From an uncultured Alphaproteobacteria bacterium (GTDB lineage Bacteria > Pseudomonadota > Alphaproteobacteria > Rhizobiales > Xanthobacteraceae), in NCBI GenBank assembly GCA_963802745.1, contig CAWDKL010000049.1:155247-187246 (forward strand): a stretch of 32,000 nucleotides of DNA, given 5' to 3'. A program made the translations under genes and the position numbers. Below are positions 17,748 through 26,805 of the stretch, in pieces. The notes beneath the pieces are model-generated. The model saw only the letters and a list, made by a program, of their open reading frames with translations. It was not told the DNA's origin and did no database searches. Positions within the stretch are counted from its first letter, which is position 1. Every line of letters starts with the position of its first letter.

Positions 17748-18767
17748 ATGGCCGTGGGAATAGCTGACATGACTGCCTCGCCCAGCAACTTTGTCGATCG
17801 CCTGTTCTTTGGTTACCAGAATTCGGCCGTGCTCAAGGCTGCCCTGGAACTCGACGTATTCACTGTGATCGGGGAGGGCGCGACAGACGCACCGGGGCTT
17901 GCCGCCCGATGCAATGCCGCGCCGCGCGGCATCATCGCGCTATGCGACTCTCTGGTTGTAATTGGATTTCTGACGAAATTATCCGACCGCTATGCGCTCT
18001 CGCCCGATGCCGCGGCCTTCCTGGATCGACGCTCACCAATGTGCATTGCCGGCATTCATGATTTCCTTGCAGCACCGGAGATGGTCGCACTGATTTTCGA
18101 GGACCCGGCAGGAGCGGTCCGCCGCGGCGGTGCACCGGGGCTCGCCAACGTGGCCCCCGATCACCCGATCTGGGTCCGGTTCGCGCGTGCTATGGGTCCA
18201 TTCATGCAGCTTGATGCGAAGCTGGTGGCCGAACGCGCCGGCGGCCCGCACCCGCGGCGCGTGCTGGACATCTCGGCGAGCCACGGTCTCTTCGGCATTG
18301 CCTTCGGCCAGCGCTTCCCCGAATGCCGTATCACTGGGCTCGATTGGAGCGCTGTGGTTGCCGTAGCGAGCGAAAATGCCGCTGCTGCAGGGATCGCGGA
18401 CCGATATGATACGATTGAGGGAAACGCGTTCGAAGTCGCCTGGGGCGAGGGATACGATTTGGTGCTGTTGCCAAATTTCCTGCACCACTTCGATGCAGCC
18501 TCATGCACGGCCATTCTCAAACGAGCGCACGCCGCCCTATCACCGGGTGGGCGCGTGGCAATTGTCGAGTGGGTTCCCAATGAGGATCGCATTTCTCCGC
18601 CGTTTCCTGCACAGTTTACGATGACCATGCTGCTCACCACGCCCGGCGGCACGACGTACACCGTACCGGAGCTGACGGCCATGCTGACGGCCGCAGAATT
18701 CGCCTTGCCTGAAGTAACTTCGCTCGTACCGACGCCGCTGACACTCTTGGTGGCGCGCGCACAGTAA
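17748..18767 (+). CDS. Class I SAM-dependent O-methyltransferase (COMT-like, with N-terminal dimerisation domain)
   Basis: 339 aa from ATG 17748. It has a winged-helix/dimerisation-like N-terminus, then VLDISASHGLFG (motif I), then LLPNFLHHF and LSPGGRVAIVEW. Confidence 0.85.
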   Translation: MAVGIADMTASPSNFVDRLFFGYQNSAVLKAALELDVFTVIGEGATDAPGLAARCNAAPRGIIALCDSLVVIGFLTKLSDRYALSPDAAAFLDRRSPMCIAGIHDFLAAPEMVALIFEDPAGAVRRGGAPGLANVAPDHPIWVRFARAMGPFMQLDAKLVAERAGGPHPRRVLDISASHGLFGIAFGQRFPECRITGLDWSAVVAVASENAAAAGIADRYDTIEGNAFEVAWGEGYDLVLLPNFLHHFDAASCTAILKRAHAALSPGGRVAIVEWVPNEDRISPPFPAQFTMTMLLTTPGGTTYTVPELTAMLTAAEFALPEVTSLVPTPLTLLVARAQ

Positions 18768-19041
18768 CAAACAGTAACAACCGCGGCGGCTTTCATGGGT
18801 GTGAATCCGCCGAGGCAAGCTCGCATGCCGGGTGGATTGTTCGGTATGATTCGAACCAAGGAAACGCCGGACGGGATGGCGTGGACGTTCGTCGGCACGC
18901 GACGGCAAGGTTGCGCGTTGTACCCGCATTGGTGCAGTTGGTGCATGGTCCGGCTCGATCTACTCTAGCTGGACGCTAGGTGAACCCGGTTCTTGGAAGA
19001 GCGAATTCCCGTGCAGGTACCATCCGAGGGAGGCCGATCTG

Positions 19042-20121
19042 ATGACCGCACCTGAAGCGGCGGGAGGCTTACCTTCCGTCGCGCAGCCCATAGCCGCACC
19101 GCTCACCCGCGCCGCGATCTTTCTGGTCGTGGCAGTAAAAGCGGGTACCGACAATCGCGCGGTCTTGCGGGCGTTCTGTGGAGAACTCGCTGCGCTGTTT
19201 CGCGCGGTGGAGTTTCGCGACATTGAAGCTGGCCTTTCCTGCGTCATGGGGATTGGTTCCGACGCATGGGACTTCCTGTTTGGACCGCCGCGGCCGGCGG
19301 AACTGCATCCGTTCCGGGAAATTCGCGCCGGAACGCGCCACGCAATCTCCACGCCAGGCGATCTCTTGTTCCACATTCGCGCGAAGCGCATGGATCTTTG
19401 CTTCGAACTCACGAGGCAGATCATGGCCCGCATCGGTGACGCGGTTTCGGCCGTGGATGAAGTCCACGGCTTTCGTTACTTCGACGAGCGCGATCTCCTC
19501 GGCTTCGTCAACGGAACGGAAAACCCAAGGGGCGGGGCGGCGATCGAAGCCGCGCTGGTTGGGCAGGAGGATGCCCTGTTCGCCGGCGGCAGCTATGTCA
19601 TCGTGCAGAAATATCTTCACGATCTTAACGCATGGAACGCGCTGTCCACCGAGGCGCAGGAACAAATCATCGGCCGTACGAAGCTGTCCGACATCGAGTT
19701 GGACAATTCTATCAAGCCGGCCTCGGCGCATAACGCGCTCACCACGATTGTCGAGAACGGGAAGGAAATCAAAATCCTGCGCGACAATATGCCGTTCGGC
19801 CGGGCCGGCCACGGAGAGTTCGGCACCTATTTCATCGGCTATAGCCGCTCGCCCCGCGTCACCGAGCAGATGATCGAGAACATGTTCGTCGGCCGCCCGC
19901 CCGGCAATTACGACCGGCTGCTCGACTTCAGCCGGGCCGTCACCGGAAACCTGTTCTTCGTTCCGTCCGCGACATTTCTGAACACCGTGACCGACGACGA
20001 GCCCGCGGCAGTCGTACCTCCGGTCCCGCCGGCGCTGGTCCAATCCTCACGATCCATTCCGCCAGTGCATGACGGTTCGCTCGGCATCGGGTCGCTCAAA
20101 GGAGACATTCGGCATGAATAA
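19042..20121 (+). CDS. DyP-type (class B-like) haem peroxidase carrying a C-terminal encapsulin targeting peptide
   Basis: 359 aa. DyP blocks: GDLLFHIRA, FRYFDERDLLGFVNGTENP, SYVIVQKYLHDL, PASAHNAL, ILRDNMPFG, GTYFIGYS. The C-terminal tail is DGSLGIGSLKGDIRHE. gggagg precedes the ATG. Confidence 0.92.
   Translation: MTAPEAAGGLPSVAQPIAAPLTRAAIFLVVAVKAGTDNRAVLRAFCGELAALFRAVEFRDIEAGLSCVMGIGSDAWDFLFGPPRPAELHPFREIRAGTRHAISTPGDLLFHIRAKRMDLCFELTRQIMARIGDAVSAVDEVHGFRYFDERDLLGFVNGTENPRGGAAIEAALVGQEDALFAGGSYVIVQKYLHDLNAWNALSTEAQEQIIGRTKLSDIELDNSIKPASAHNALTTIVENGKEIKILRDNMPFGRAGHGEFGTYFIGYSRSPRVTEQMIENMFVGRPPGNYDRLLDFSRAVTGNLFFVPSATFLNTVTDDEPAAVVPPVPPALVQSSRSIPPVHDGSLGIGSLKGDIRHE
20077..20103 (+). other. 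Encapsulin cargo-loading (targeting) peptide SLGIGSLKG within the DyP C-terminus
   Basis: It matches the conserved SLxIGSLKG-type motif of family 1 encapsulin cargo proteins. A Pro/Ala-rich linker precedes it (EPAAVVPPVPPALV). Confidence 0.85.
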
Positions 20122-20932
20122 TCTGCATCGCGAGCTTGCCCCCATTTCGGATGCGGCATGGGCGGAAATCGAACAGGAAACATCGCGTACGCTCAAGCGC
20201 TATCTCGCCGCGCGGCACGTGGTCAACGTGCGGGGACCGGGCGGCGTGGGCCTCTCGGCCGTCGGTACCGGTCACCTGCGGACGATCGCGGCTCCGGCTG
20301 ACGGTATCCTCGCAACGCAGCGCGAGGTGAAGGCGCTTGTCGAGCTGCGGGTTCCGTTCGAACTGGACCGCCAAGCAATCGACGATGTTGAGCGTGGTGC
20401 TAACGATTCGGACTGGCAGCCCGCCAAGAACGCCGCGCGACAGATCGCCTTTGCGGAAGACGGCGCCATCTTCGAGGGCTATGCCGCCGCCGGAATTGGC
20501 GGCATCCGCCAGGGGACCAGCAATCCGATCGTGACGCTTCCGGCTGACGTGCGCCACTATCCAGAGGCGATAGCGCAAGCCCTGAGCCAATTGCGCCTCG
20601 TCGGCGTCAACGGGCCCTACAAGGTGCTGTTAGGTGCCGATGCCTACACGGCACTCGCCGAGACGAGCGACCACGGCTATCCGGTACTGGAGCACGTCAG
20701 GCGCCTCGTCAAAGATGAAATCATCTGGGCTCCTGCGATTGCCGGTGCCTTCGTGCTGACCACCCGCGGCGGCGATTTCGACCTGCACATCGGGCAGGAC
20801 GTGTCGATCGGCTATTCCGGCCACACCGACACCACCGTCCGCCTGTACCTGCAGGAGACATTCACGTTTCTTCTGCTCACTGCCGAGGCAGCCGTCGCGT
20901 TAGCGCCTCCCGTAAAGGCGCCGACGACCTGA
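20114..20932 (+). CDS. Family 1 encapsulin shell protein (HK97-fold, linocin M18-like)
   Basis: 272 aa. It is collinear with T. maritima encapsulin: LAPISDAAWAEIEQE, ELRVPFEL...DDVERG, GPYKVLL, GGDFDLHIGQDVSIGY, RLYLQETFTF. It overlaps the DyP stop by 8 nt. Confidence 0.93.
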   Translation: MNNLHRELAPISDAAWAEIEQETSRTLKRYLAARHVVNVRGPGGVGLSAVGTGHLRTIAAPADGILATQREVKALVELRVPFELDRQAIDDVERGANDSDWQPAKNAARQIAFAEDGAIFEGYAAAGIGGIRQGTSNPIVTLPADVRHYPEAIAQALSQLRLVGVNGPYKVLLGADAYTALAETSDHGYPVLEHVRRLVKDEIIWAPAIAGAFVLTTRGGDFDLHIGQDVSIGYSGHTDTTVRLYLQETFTFLLLTAEAAVALAPPVKAPTT

Positions 20933-21169
20933 CGCAGTAGGCCAGTCGCGCCTTGAGCCGAGGCGGCGCAACGCTCTCACACGGTTAGAGACGAGTAGAG
21001 TTCAACGGATCGTGCCGGCGATTGGTTGATGATCCATGGTGATGATCAGCTATTTCCATAGCACCACGCGACAATGGGTGTGAACGCAGCTCGCTCAATG
21101 GGCCGCCATCTCTATTCGCGCTATTTGCGGCAATTCCGCCCGCGCAGCGGCGTCGTTGCTCTTAAAACG

Positions 21170-21303
21170 GCAGTCCGCCGATCCATACCGATCGTGTCGC
21201 CTTCACGCTCGATCATGTCTTCCGGGCCGACGCCGATGGCGGCCACATCCTGATATTTCAACACTTTCGGATCGCCGTGCGCGGTCACCACAGATGCTTT
21301 CAG
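21170..21303 (-). pseudogene. N-terminal fragment of a zinc-type alcohol dehydrogenase / NADPH:quinone reductase-like gene
   Basis: The minus-strand translation is LKASVVTAHGDPKVLKYQDVAAIGVGPEDMIEREGDTIGMD. This resembles MKAxVVxxxGxPEVLKYxDVPxPxPGPGEVLVRV. The start codon position reads CTG and there is no continuation. Confidence 0.3.
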
Positions 21304-21315
21304 GCGTTCTGCTGC

Positions 21316-21771
21316 TTAGCCGTAAGCAACGCCCGGGTTGCTTTGCCCCACTTCTATAATATAGCCATCAGGATCGCGAATGTAGCAGCGCGTCTCGCCG
21401 TACTTGGGCTTCGGCTCCGTGATGAACTCGGCTCCTCGACTTCGCCAAAGCTTGTAACAGGCTTGAATATCTGCAACGCGGATATTCATAAAGCTGCTGA
21501 CCAGATCCGGATTGGCGGGGACGCTGAGCGTTACCGTTGGTTTGTCTGGTGTCGGACCACCCCCGGGGTTAACAAGGAGCCACGTGTTCGCGATTTGGAT
21601 GTACCCCGGCGCGCCGCTGCTGTCGCCTCTGCTCAGAATGCGACCTCCGAAGACCGTTTCGTAAAATCGAAGCGATCGTTCGACGTCGGACACGGTGAGA
21701 AAGTGTGCGACGGTAAACCCATCAAGCGGCGGCATCTGATAGCTTTTCTGCTCGACTTCCACCTGGTTCAT
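21316..21771 (-). CDS. VOC-family (glyoxalase/bleomycin-resistance/dioxygenase fold) protein
   Basis: 151 aa. Motifs: FTVAHFLTVSDVERSLRFYETVFGG and CYIRDPDGYIIEVGQ. Confidence 0.85.
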   Translation of the reverse strand: MNQVEVEQKSYQMPPLDGFTVAHFLTVSDVERSLRFYETVFGGRILSRGDSSGAPGYIQIANTWLLVNPGGGPTPDKPTVTLSVPANPDLVSSFMNIRVADIQACYKLWRSRGAEFITEPKPKYGETRCYIRDPDGYIIEVGQSNPGVAYG

Positions 21772-21878
21772 AGACGCCTCCTATTCGGATATGCTACTTC
21801 TTCGTTCGGCAGAATATGTCGGGCAGTGTGCTTTAGCAACTGAAACGCTCGATCAGCGCCTTAGCTTCAACGTAGCTT

Positions 21879-22088
21879 TCAGGGTTCCGTCTTTAGATAC
21901 AGATGGCCATTACGGCGCAAAAATCCCTCCAGCCTTAATACGTCGCCATCTTCTGCACGGCCCACCATTACCGGCCCTCCGCCGCCGGTATCGAGTGGGC
22001 CGACGCGACGCAGGATCATTGCGCGCATCAACAGCTTACCGAGGTCAGCCTCCGCTATCAGAAGCGCCCGCAGTCGCTGTTGCGGAAT
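21879..22088 (-). pseudogene. Internal fragment of a cNMP-binding/FAD-dependent (thioredoxin-reductase-like) oxidoreductase
   Basis: The minus-strand translation is IPQQRLRALLIAEADLGKLLMRAMILRRVGPLDTGGGGPVMVGRAEDGDVLRLEGFLRRNGHLYLKTEP-stop. From memory, this resembles the linker region of that family. There is no start codon and no catalytic domain. Confidence 0.3.
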
Positions 22089-22395
22089 AATCAGCGCTTC
22101 GCGAGGCCTATGGCTTCGATCTATCGCCGCTTGCGATGCGCTATGACGAATTCATCCGCATCGCGGCCGAGGCCAAGATCGAGCGCGAGCACATGAAGGC
22201 AATGGATACGTCATCATTTAAACGCCGTGGCTCTTAGGCCGCGGCCAGTCCCTGCAGCACTGAGGCAACCATGCAGACCCCGCGACCAAATCGCGGGTCA
22301 TTTTTTTCTCCTGGTCGCGTGACGCCGTGCCGCGATGGTTTTTGCTCGCTCGACGAATCAATTCTGGTGAGGATGTGACCCGTGCAAGACAACAC

Positions 22396-22623
22396 TCACG
22401 GCTCACCGCCGAGGTAAGCCCGCGTCGTAACCGCCGCGATTTTTTGTGAAAGCTTGATCTTGTTCCCTTCGACTTCGGCCACCTGGTTCTTGTCAAGGAA
22501 AAGATCGAGAGGATCGAGAGCATCGTTCTTGGCAAGCTTTATTCGGTCGCCCTCGACGCTGTCCACGATGCCAACATGCAGGCCGTTAGCATCCACCACT
22601 TCCATGTTTGCGCAGATTTCCAT
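22396..22623 (-). CDS. DUF2171-family small protein
   Basis: 75 aa from ATG 22623 (ggaga SD). MEICANMEVVDANGLHVGIVDSVEGDRIKLAKND is the DUF2171 signature. Confidence 0.8.
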   Translation of the reverse strand: MEICANMEVVDANGLHVGIVDSVEGDRIKLAKNDALDPLDLFLDKNQVAEVEGNKIKLSQKIAAVTTRAYLGGEP

Positions 22624-22657
22624 TCGCCGTCTCCGTAGCTCATTGTCCAACCCTGGT

Positions 22658-22683
22658 AACGCTGGAGCCATGCGCCGGGTTCC
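22658..22683 (-). promoter_or_regulatory. EcfG-type promoter motif GGAAC-N17-CGTT
   Basis: The plus strand reads aacg(22658-61)-N17-gttcc(22679-83). The -10 element ends 35 nt upstream of the DUF2171 ATG and is co-oriented with it. Confidence 0.65.
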
Positions 22684-23014
22684 TTGCTTGATTTGACGCC
22701 TCGATCACTTGAAGCTTTTTCGCCAAGCAAGTCCGGACGCCGAACATGCCGGAAGGGGCGGGAAAGGGGACTGGTCAAGTGGCGCCATGCCCGGCACGAT
22801 GCAATGGCGCCGATCACAGGTTAGCAGTGCGAGTGACTGCAAAAAACCACCCCGCACGGACCTGAGGGTGAGATGGCCCCCATCGACGGGACCCCGGGCC
22901 GGTTGAATTAAAGTGGAGAGGTCTGCGGTTCGTTGCTTGAAGATCAGTATACGATCGATGTTTTGCTGGTTTCTCGATGCTTCGCGGAGACTCCGCCAAG
23001 CTTCTCAAATCAGC

Positions 23015-23412
23015 ATCGATCGGTCCATGGGATTGGCCTTCTACAAGGCCACATTGCTTCCTGCTCGATACCGCGGCGGCGGCTTTTTCGGTGATCATGG
23101 CTCGTGGAATCGCATTCCTCGCAGCGGGCATAAGGTGATATTCGTGCCATTGGGCGGCGGCGCCCGTCCGGCATGCCGTCCGTTATTCTCAGCAGCTTCG
23201 TCGATGGGAACAGTGACGCGCGCGGTCGTCCCATCGGTGTCGCGATCGACAGGACCGGGGCGTTGCCGGTCGCAGACGGCGTCGGAGATGCGGGGTGGCG
23301 CGTATCGCCGGCAGGCGCAGAGGCCGTCCGCAATTGGTCGCACTGCGCGGCGCCAGCACGGGCATCGTCCGGCCCATTCAAGAAACGCATCGCGCTCGCG
23401 AGTATCTTGTAA
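23015..23412 (+). pseudogene. C-terminal fragment of a PQQ-dependent sugar (sorbosone-type) dehydrogenase, frameshifted
   Basis: ...SMGLAFYKATLLPARYRGGGFFGDHGSWNRIPRSGHKVIFVPLGGG is followed, after a shift near 23170, by ...FVDGNSDARGRPIGVAIDRTGALPVADGVGDAGWRV. This matches the last beta-propeller blades of that family. No N-terminal part is present. Confidence 0.6.
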
Positions 23413-23642
23413 CGGTCGGCTGAAGGCCGAGCGGATTGGGTCGTCGGGCATAACAGCCCTAATAATCAATTCAACGTTAGTCCCGCACCGTGGTGGAACT
23501 CGCATCGCATAGGGGGCATTGATCGTGTGTTCGACACGGGTCGAATGCCGGGCATCTCGAAAGAAAAAAGGCTCGGCGTACGCGAGCGGGCCGACGATAT
23601 GCGGCCCAGCGGCGCCTGTATTTGCGCCACCGGGAGAGTCTA

Positions 23643-25081
23643 ATGAAATATGGTTCTGCAAGGAAATCCAATTGGCGCGGCATCGCGATTGCCTGCGCGG
23701 CCGGCGCGGTTGGTACGGGCGTGATGGCGCTCCCGCAAACATTTGTCGCCGCTGCTCCAAAACATCTGCAAAACTTGGCAGCCGCCGAACACCGCAGCTT
23801 CGCGGAAGTTGTGGACATCGTCAAGCCGGCCGTGATCGGCATTCGTGCCCGTGTGGTCGACGACGATGATGCGATAACCATCCTGCACGGCAGGAGGGTT
23901 GACCCCACGGACGTATCACGTCCGCCGCGTTTCAGAACATCCCAGGGAGCCGGATTCTTCATTACACCCGACGGCTACGCCGTCACCAATAACCACGTTA
24001 TCAGAGGAAGTAGCTTTGCCGAGATATTGACCGACGGCGGCCAAGTTTACAGGGCCAAGGTGGTCGGTGTCGATCCCGCGAGCGACCTCGCTCTGCTGAA
24101 GGTCGATGGCCGCAACGATTTCCCCCATGTGCAGTTTTCCGAGACGCCGCCGCGCATCGGGGATTGGATCATTGCGATCGGAAACCCGTTCGGCTTGGGC
24201 GGCACAGTTACGGCCGGAATCGTTTCGGCTCGCGGCCGAGACCTGGCAAACGAAAAGGATCTCCTTCAAATCGACGCCCCGGTAAACAGAGGCAATTCCG
24301 GAGGTCCGACGTTTGACCTTCAAGGGCAGGTGGTGGGCGTCAATTCCATGATCATCTCGCCGACCGGCGCCTCGGTGGGAGTTGCATTCGCAATCCCGGC
24401 CGCCACGGTGAGACACGTCGTCGAGCAGCTCAAGGATAAGGGTTCGGTTACGCGCGGATGGTTGGATGTCCAATTCCAGTCGGTGTCCCCCGAGGTCGCC
24501 GCGCCACTGGGATTGGACAGCGCGTCCGGGAGTCCTTATCGCTGAGGTTCCGCCCGGGGGCCCGGGGGCGGCCGCGGGACTCGCGGTCGGGGATATCATC
24601 CGGACCATCAATGGCCAGCGTCGTGGAGAATGCCCACGCCTTCAATCGAATGGTGGAGGACACCGCCCCGGGCGCATCGTTGCTGCTCGGCGTCCTCCGG
24701 CACGGCACTGTGACGTCCATCGCCGCAGTGGCGAGCGCGGCTCCCGTCGCGGATGCCCCTCGGCCGGTCCCGGCACGGACAGAACTCGAGCCGGTAGGGT
24801 CAAACCGGCAGCCACTCGGACTGTCTCTCGCCCCGACCGCGTCGCCGGCAGCCGGTGAAGGCAGTGGTGCGCTCGTTGTCGGTATCGATCCCAGTGGGCT
24901 GGCCGCCGGCCGCGGGATTGATGTCGGAGACGTGATTCTTGATGTTGCGAACAAGGCCATAACGACAGGCGACGACGTTTACAAAATGGTTATCGATGCG
25001 CAGAAAGCGGGCAAGCAGTCAATTCTCATGCGAATCAAATCCGGTGAGACCGCGCAATTCGTCGTCCTACCGCTGGATTGA
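23643..25081 (+). pseudogene. DegP/HtrA-family periplasmic serine protease with two +1 frameshifts in the first PDZ region
   Basis: The protease domain is intact (His in TNNHVI, Asp in DLALLK, Ser in GNSGGP). The frame then breaks at ~24531, and the text continues as GVLIAEVPPGGPGAAAGLAVGDIIRTINGQ in frame +1. It breaks again at ~24619-24622, continuing as VENAHAFNRMVEDTAPGASLLLGVLRHG... through the second PDZ to 25081. Confidence 0.75.
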
Positions 25082-25301
25082 GGAGAGATGACGGAATGCA
25101 AACCAAGGTCGCGTTGCGCCGATCAGACCACGGTGGGCACGGTCTTACCGAACTACCGGCACGTCGGAATGATCGAAACTGAAACCGCCAGGCTATTCTG
25201 GTTCAAAGGGTTCCGGGCCCGCGGCAAGCGTCGCTACGGTGCTCCACGGCGCCACCCAATTCAAGGGCCCTACGCGATCGATGTCTGCCGCGGACCCTTG
25301 A

Positions 25302-25327
25302 GGAACCTTGTGGGCGATTACGCCGTT
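25302..25327 (+). promoter_or_regulatory. EcfG-type promoter motif GGAAC-N17-CGTT
   Basis: ggaac(25302-06)-cttgtgggcgattacgc-cgtt(25324-27), 34 nt before the DJ-1/PfpI ATG. Confidence 0.65.
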
Positions 25328-25360
25328 TCATGACAATCGCGCAAACACAACGAGGACGTC

Positions 25361-25921
25361 ATGGAAATATCGGGAAAAAAAGTCGGAATTTTGGCAACCC
25401 GTGGCTTTGAACAGGCTGAGCTCGAAGTTCCACGTGACCGGTTAAGGGCGGCTGGTGCGACTGTCGAAGTTATCGCGCCTGAGCCTGGTGAAATTCGGGG
25501 GTGGGATCAAAAGGACTGGGGTCGTGCCGTACCGGTCGATCGCTCGCTAGAGGACGCAAAGGCCGATGACTACGACGCTCTCGTCCTGCCGGGCGGCCAG
25601 ATCAATCCGGACTTGCTGCGCATCAATTCGCGTGCCCTCAACCTGATTGCCGAGGTTTACAGACAGCGGAAGACGGTCGCAGCCGTTTGCCACGCGCCCT
25701 GGCTTCTGATCGAGACGGGGCTGGCCGCGGGTCTGAGGGCGACCTCCTATATTTCGATCAAGACCGATATGATCAACGCAGGCGCCAAGTGGGAAGATTC
25801 GGAAGTTGTTGTTGACCGTGGTATCATTACGTCCCGCAACCCCGGTGATCTGGAGGCCTTCTCCCGAGCGATAATCAGTGCGCTCGCGGAGCAGCAGAGC
25901 AACAAGCGCACGGCTGCATGA
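25361..25921 (+). CDS. DJ-1/PfpI-family protein (type 1 glutamine amidotransferase-like)
   Basis: 186 aa. The nucleophile-elbow Cys is in AAVCHAPWLL. It also has ALVLPGGQINPD and IITSRNPGDL. Confidence 0.9.
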   Translation: MEISGKKVGILATRGFEQAELEVPRDRLRAAGATVEVIAPEPGEIRGWDQKDWGRAVPVDRSLEDAKADDYDALVLPGGQINPDLLRINSRALNLIAEVYRQRKTVAAVCHAPWLLIETGLAAGLRATSYISIKTDMINAGAKWEDSEVVVDRGIITSRNPGDLEAFSRAIISALAEQQSNKRTAA

Positions 25922-26039
25922 GCAACAGTAAGGCTCTCAGATCCCGCTGAGGCCGGCCGTAGCGTAAGAGGCGAGTGCGGAGACGCGGCAGGAAATTGCG
26001 ATGGCGTGTCGCGGGCCGCCATCGCAATGAAAGACGGGG

Positions 26040-26555
26040 CTACCGGTGGCCGGCCCCGGTCGTGGCCTCCGGGAGGATCGATTGTGCGGTCCGGAGATGC
26101 CGCTCCAAGGTCGGCAGGGACTCTTTCGCATAGGCCCCGGCGGCATCCGGCATCGAGGATGCGGTCTCATATTCTTTGATATCTTTTTCGTGGTCCTCAA
26201 TCATGTGCTTCACGAACTCCACGTCGAACATTGTCCCGTTCAGCTTCGAAAGGTGCTCAAAATCGGCCTTCTGCTCGCTGTCGGGCTGGGTCGGCACCTT
26301 GATGTGCAAGGCTGCAGCGGCTTCCTCGGCTTTCTTATTGGCTTCGCTGTGATCCGTCTCCAGCATTTGGCCAAACATGCGCACCCCTTGACTTGCACCG
26401 TTCTTCTGCGCCAACTGCCCCATTTTAACTTCGGCGAGATTGCCCTCGATGGCCTTGGTCAGGAACATTTGTTCCCTCTTTTCCTGCGCCAATGTAGGAG
26501 TACTTGTCACGACTGCGACAGTTAGCGCGGCTCCTACCCAAACTCTGCTTCTCAT
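26040..26555 (-). CDS. DUF4142-family periplasmic protein
   Basis: 171 aa from ATG 26555 (aaggagg SD). It has a signal peptide (AALTVAVVTSTPTLAQE) and DUF4142 repeats (FLTKAIEGNLAEVKMGQLA, FDVEFVKHMIEDHEKDI). Confidence 0.85.
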   Translation of the reverse strand: MRSRVWVGAALTVAVVTSTPTLAQEKREQMFLTKAIEGNLAEVKMGQLAQKNGASQGVRMFGQMLETDHSEANKKAEEAAAALHIKVPTQPDSEQKADFEHLSKLNGTMFDVEFVKHMIEDHEKDIKEYETASSMPDAAGAYAKESLPTLERHLRTAQSILPEATTGAGHR

Positions 26556-26592
26556 GATTGCCTCCTTAGGGAACGACCCCACTTCCTGGAAA

Positions 26593-26617
26593 AACGTGCG
26601 CCCCGGCTAAAGGTTTC
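26593..26617 (-). promoter_or_regulatory. Near-consensus EcfG-type motif GAAAC-N16-CGTT
   Basis: The minus strand reads tgaaac-ctttagccggggcgca-cgtt, about 38 nt upstream of the DUF4142 ATG. There is one mismatch in the -35 element. Confidence 0.4.
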
Positions 26618-26709
26618 AGAAGGCTCCGAAGAAAGCGGCTGCAGAGGGGCTTTTTCATGCCTACGTTGCCGCTCCAGGCTGACGTCAAAAGCGCCGGGAC
26701 GCCACGAAC

Positions 26710-26735
26710 GGAACCTTCGGTCAGGGAAGGTCGTT
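26710..26735 (+). promoter_or_regulatory. EcfG-type promoter motif GGAAC-N17-CGTT
   Basis: ggaac(26710-14)-cttcggtcagggaaggt-cgtt(26732-35), upstream of the small KQAIAIALSEAG protein gene. Confidence 0.65.
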
Positions 26736-26805
26736 AGTTGTGTGAGCCGCAGCGCGCTGAAAATACCATGATGTCGCGATGCGTGACAGGCAGCGAGGTG
26801 CAGAG

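Noticed and set aside
18761-18780. Tandem duplication acagtaacaa x2 at the stop codon of the O-methyltransferase.
   Set aside because: It is a 10-bp duplication with only two copies and no obvious functional consequence. The first TAA already terminates the ORF.
25088-25333. 81-aa ORF between DegP and the DJ-1/PfpI gene.
   Set aside because: It has no recognisable motifs and an Arg-rich composition. The DNA contains the EcfG-type promoter of the downstream gene, so it is more likely non-coding.
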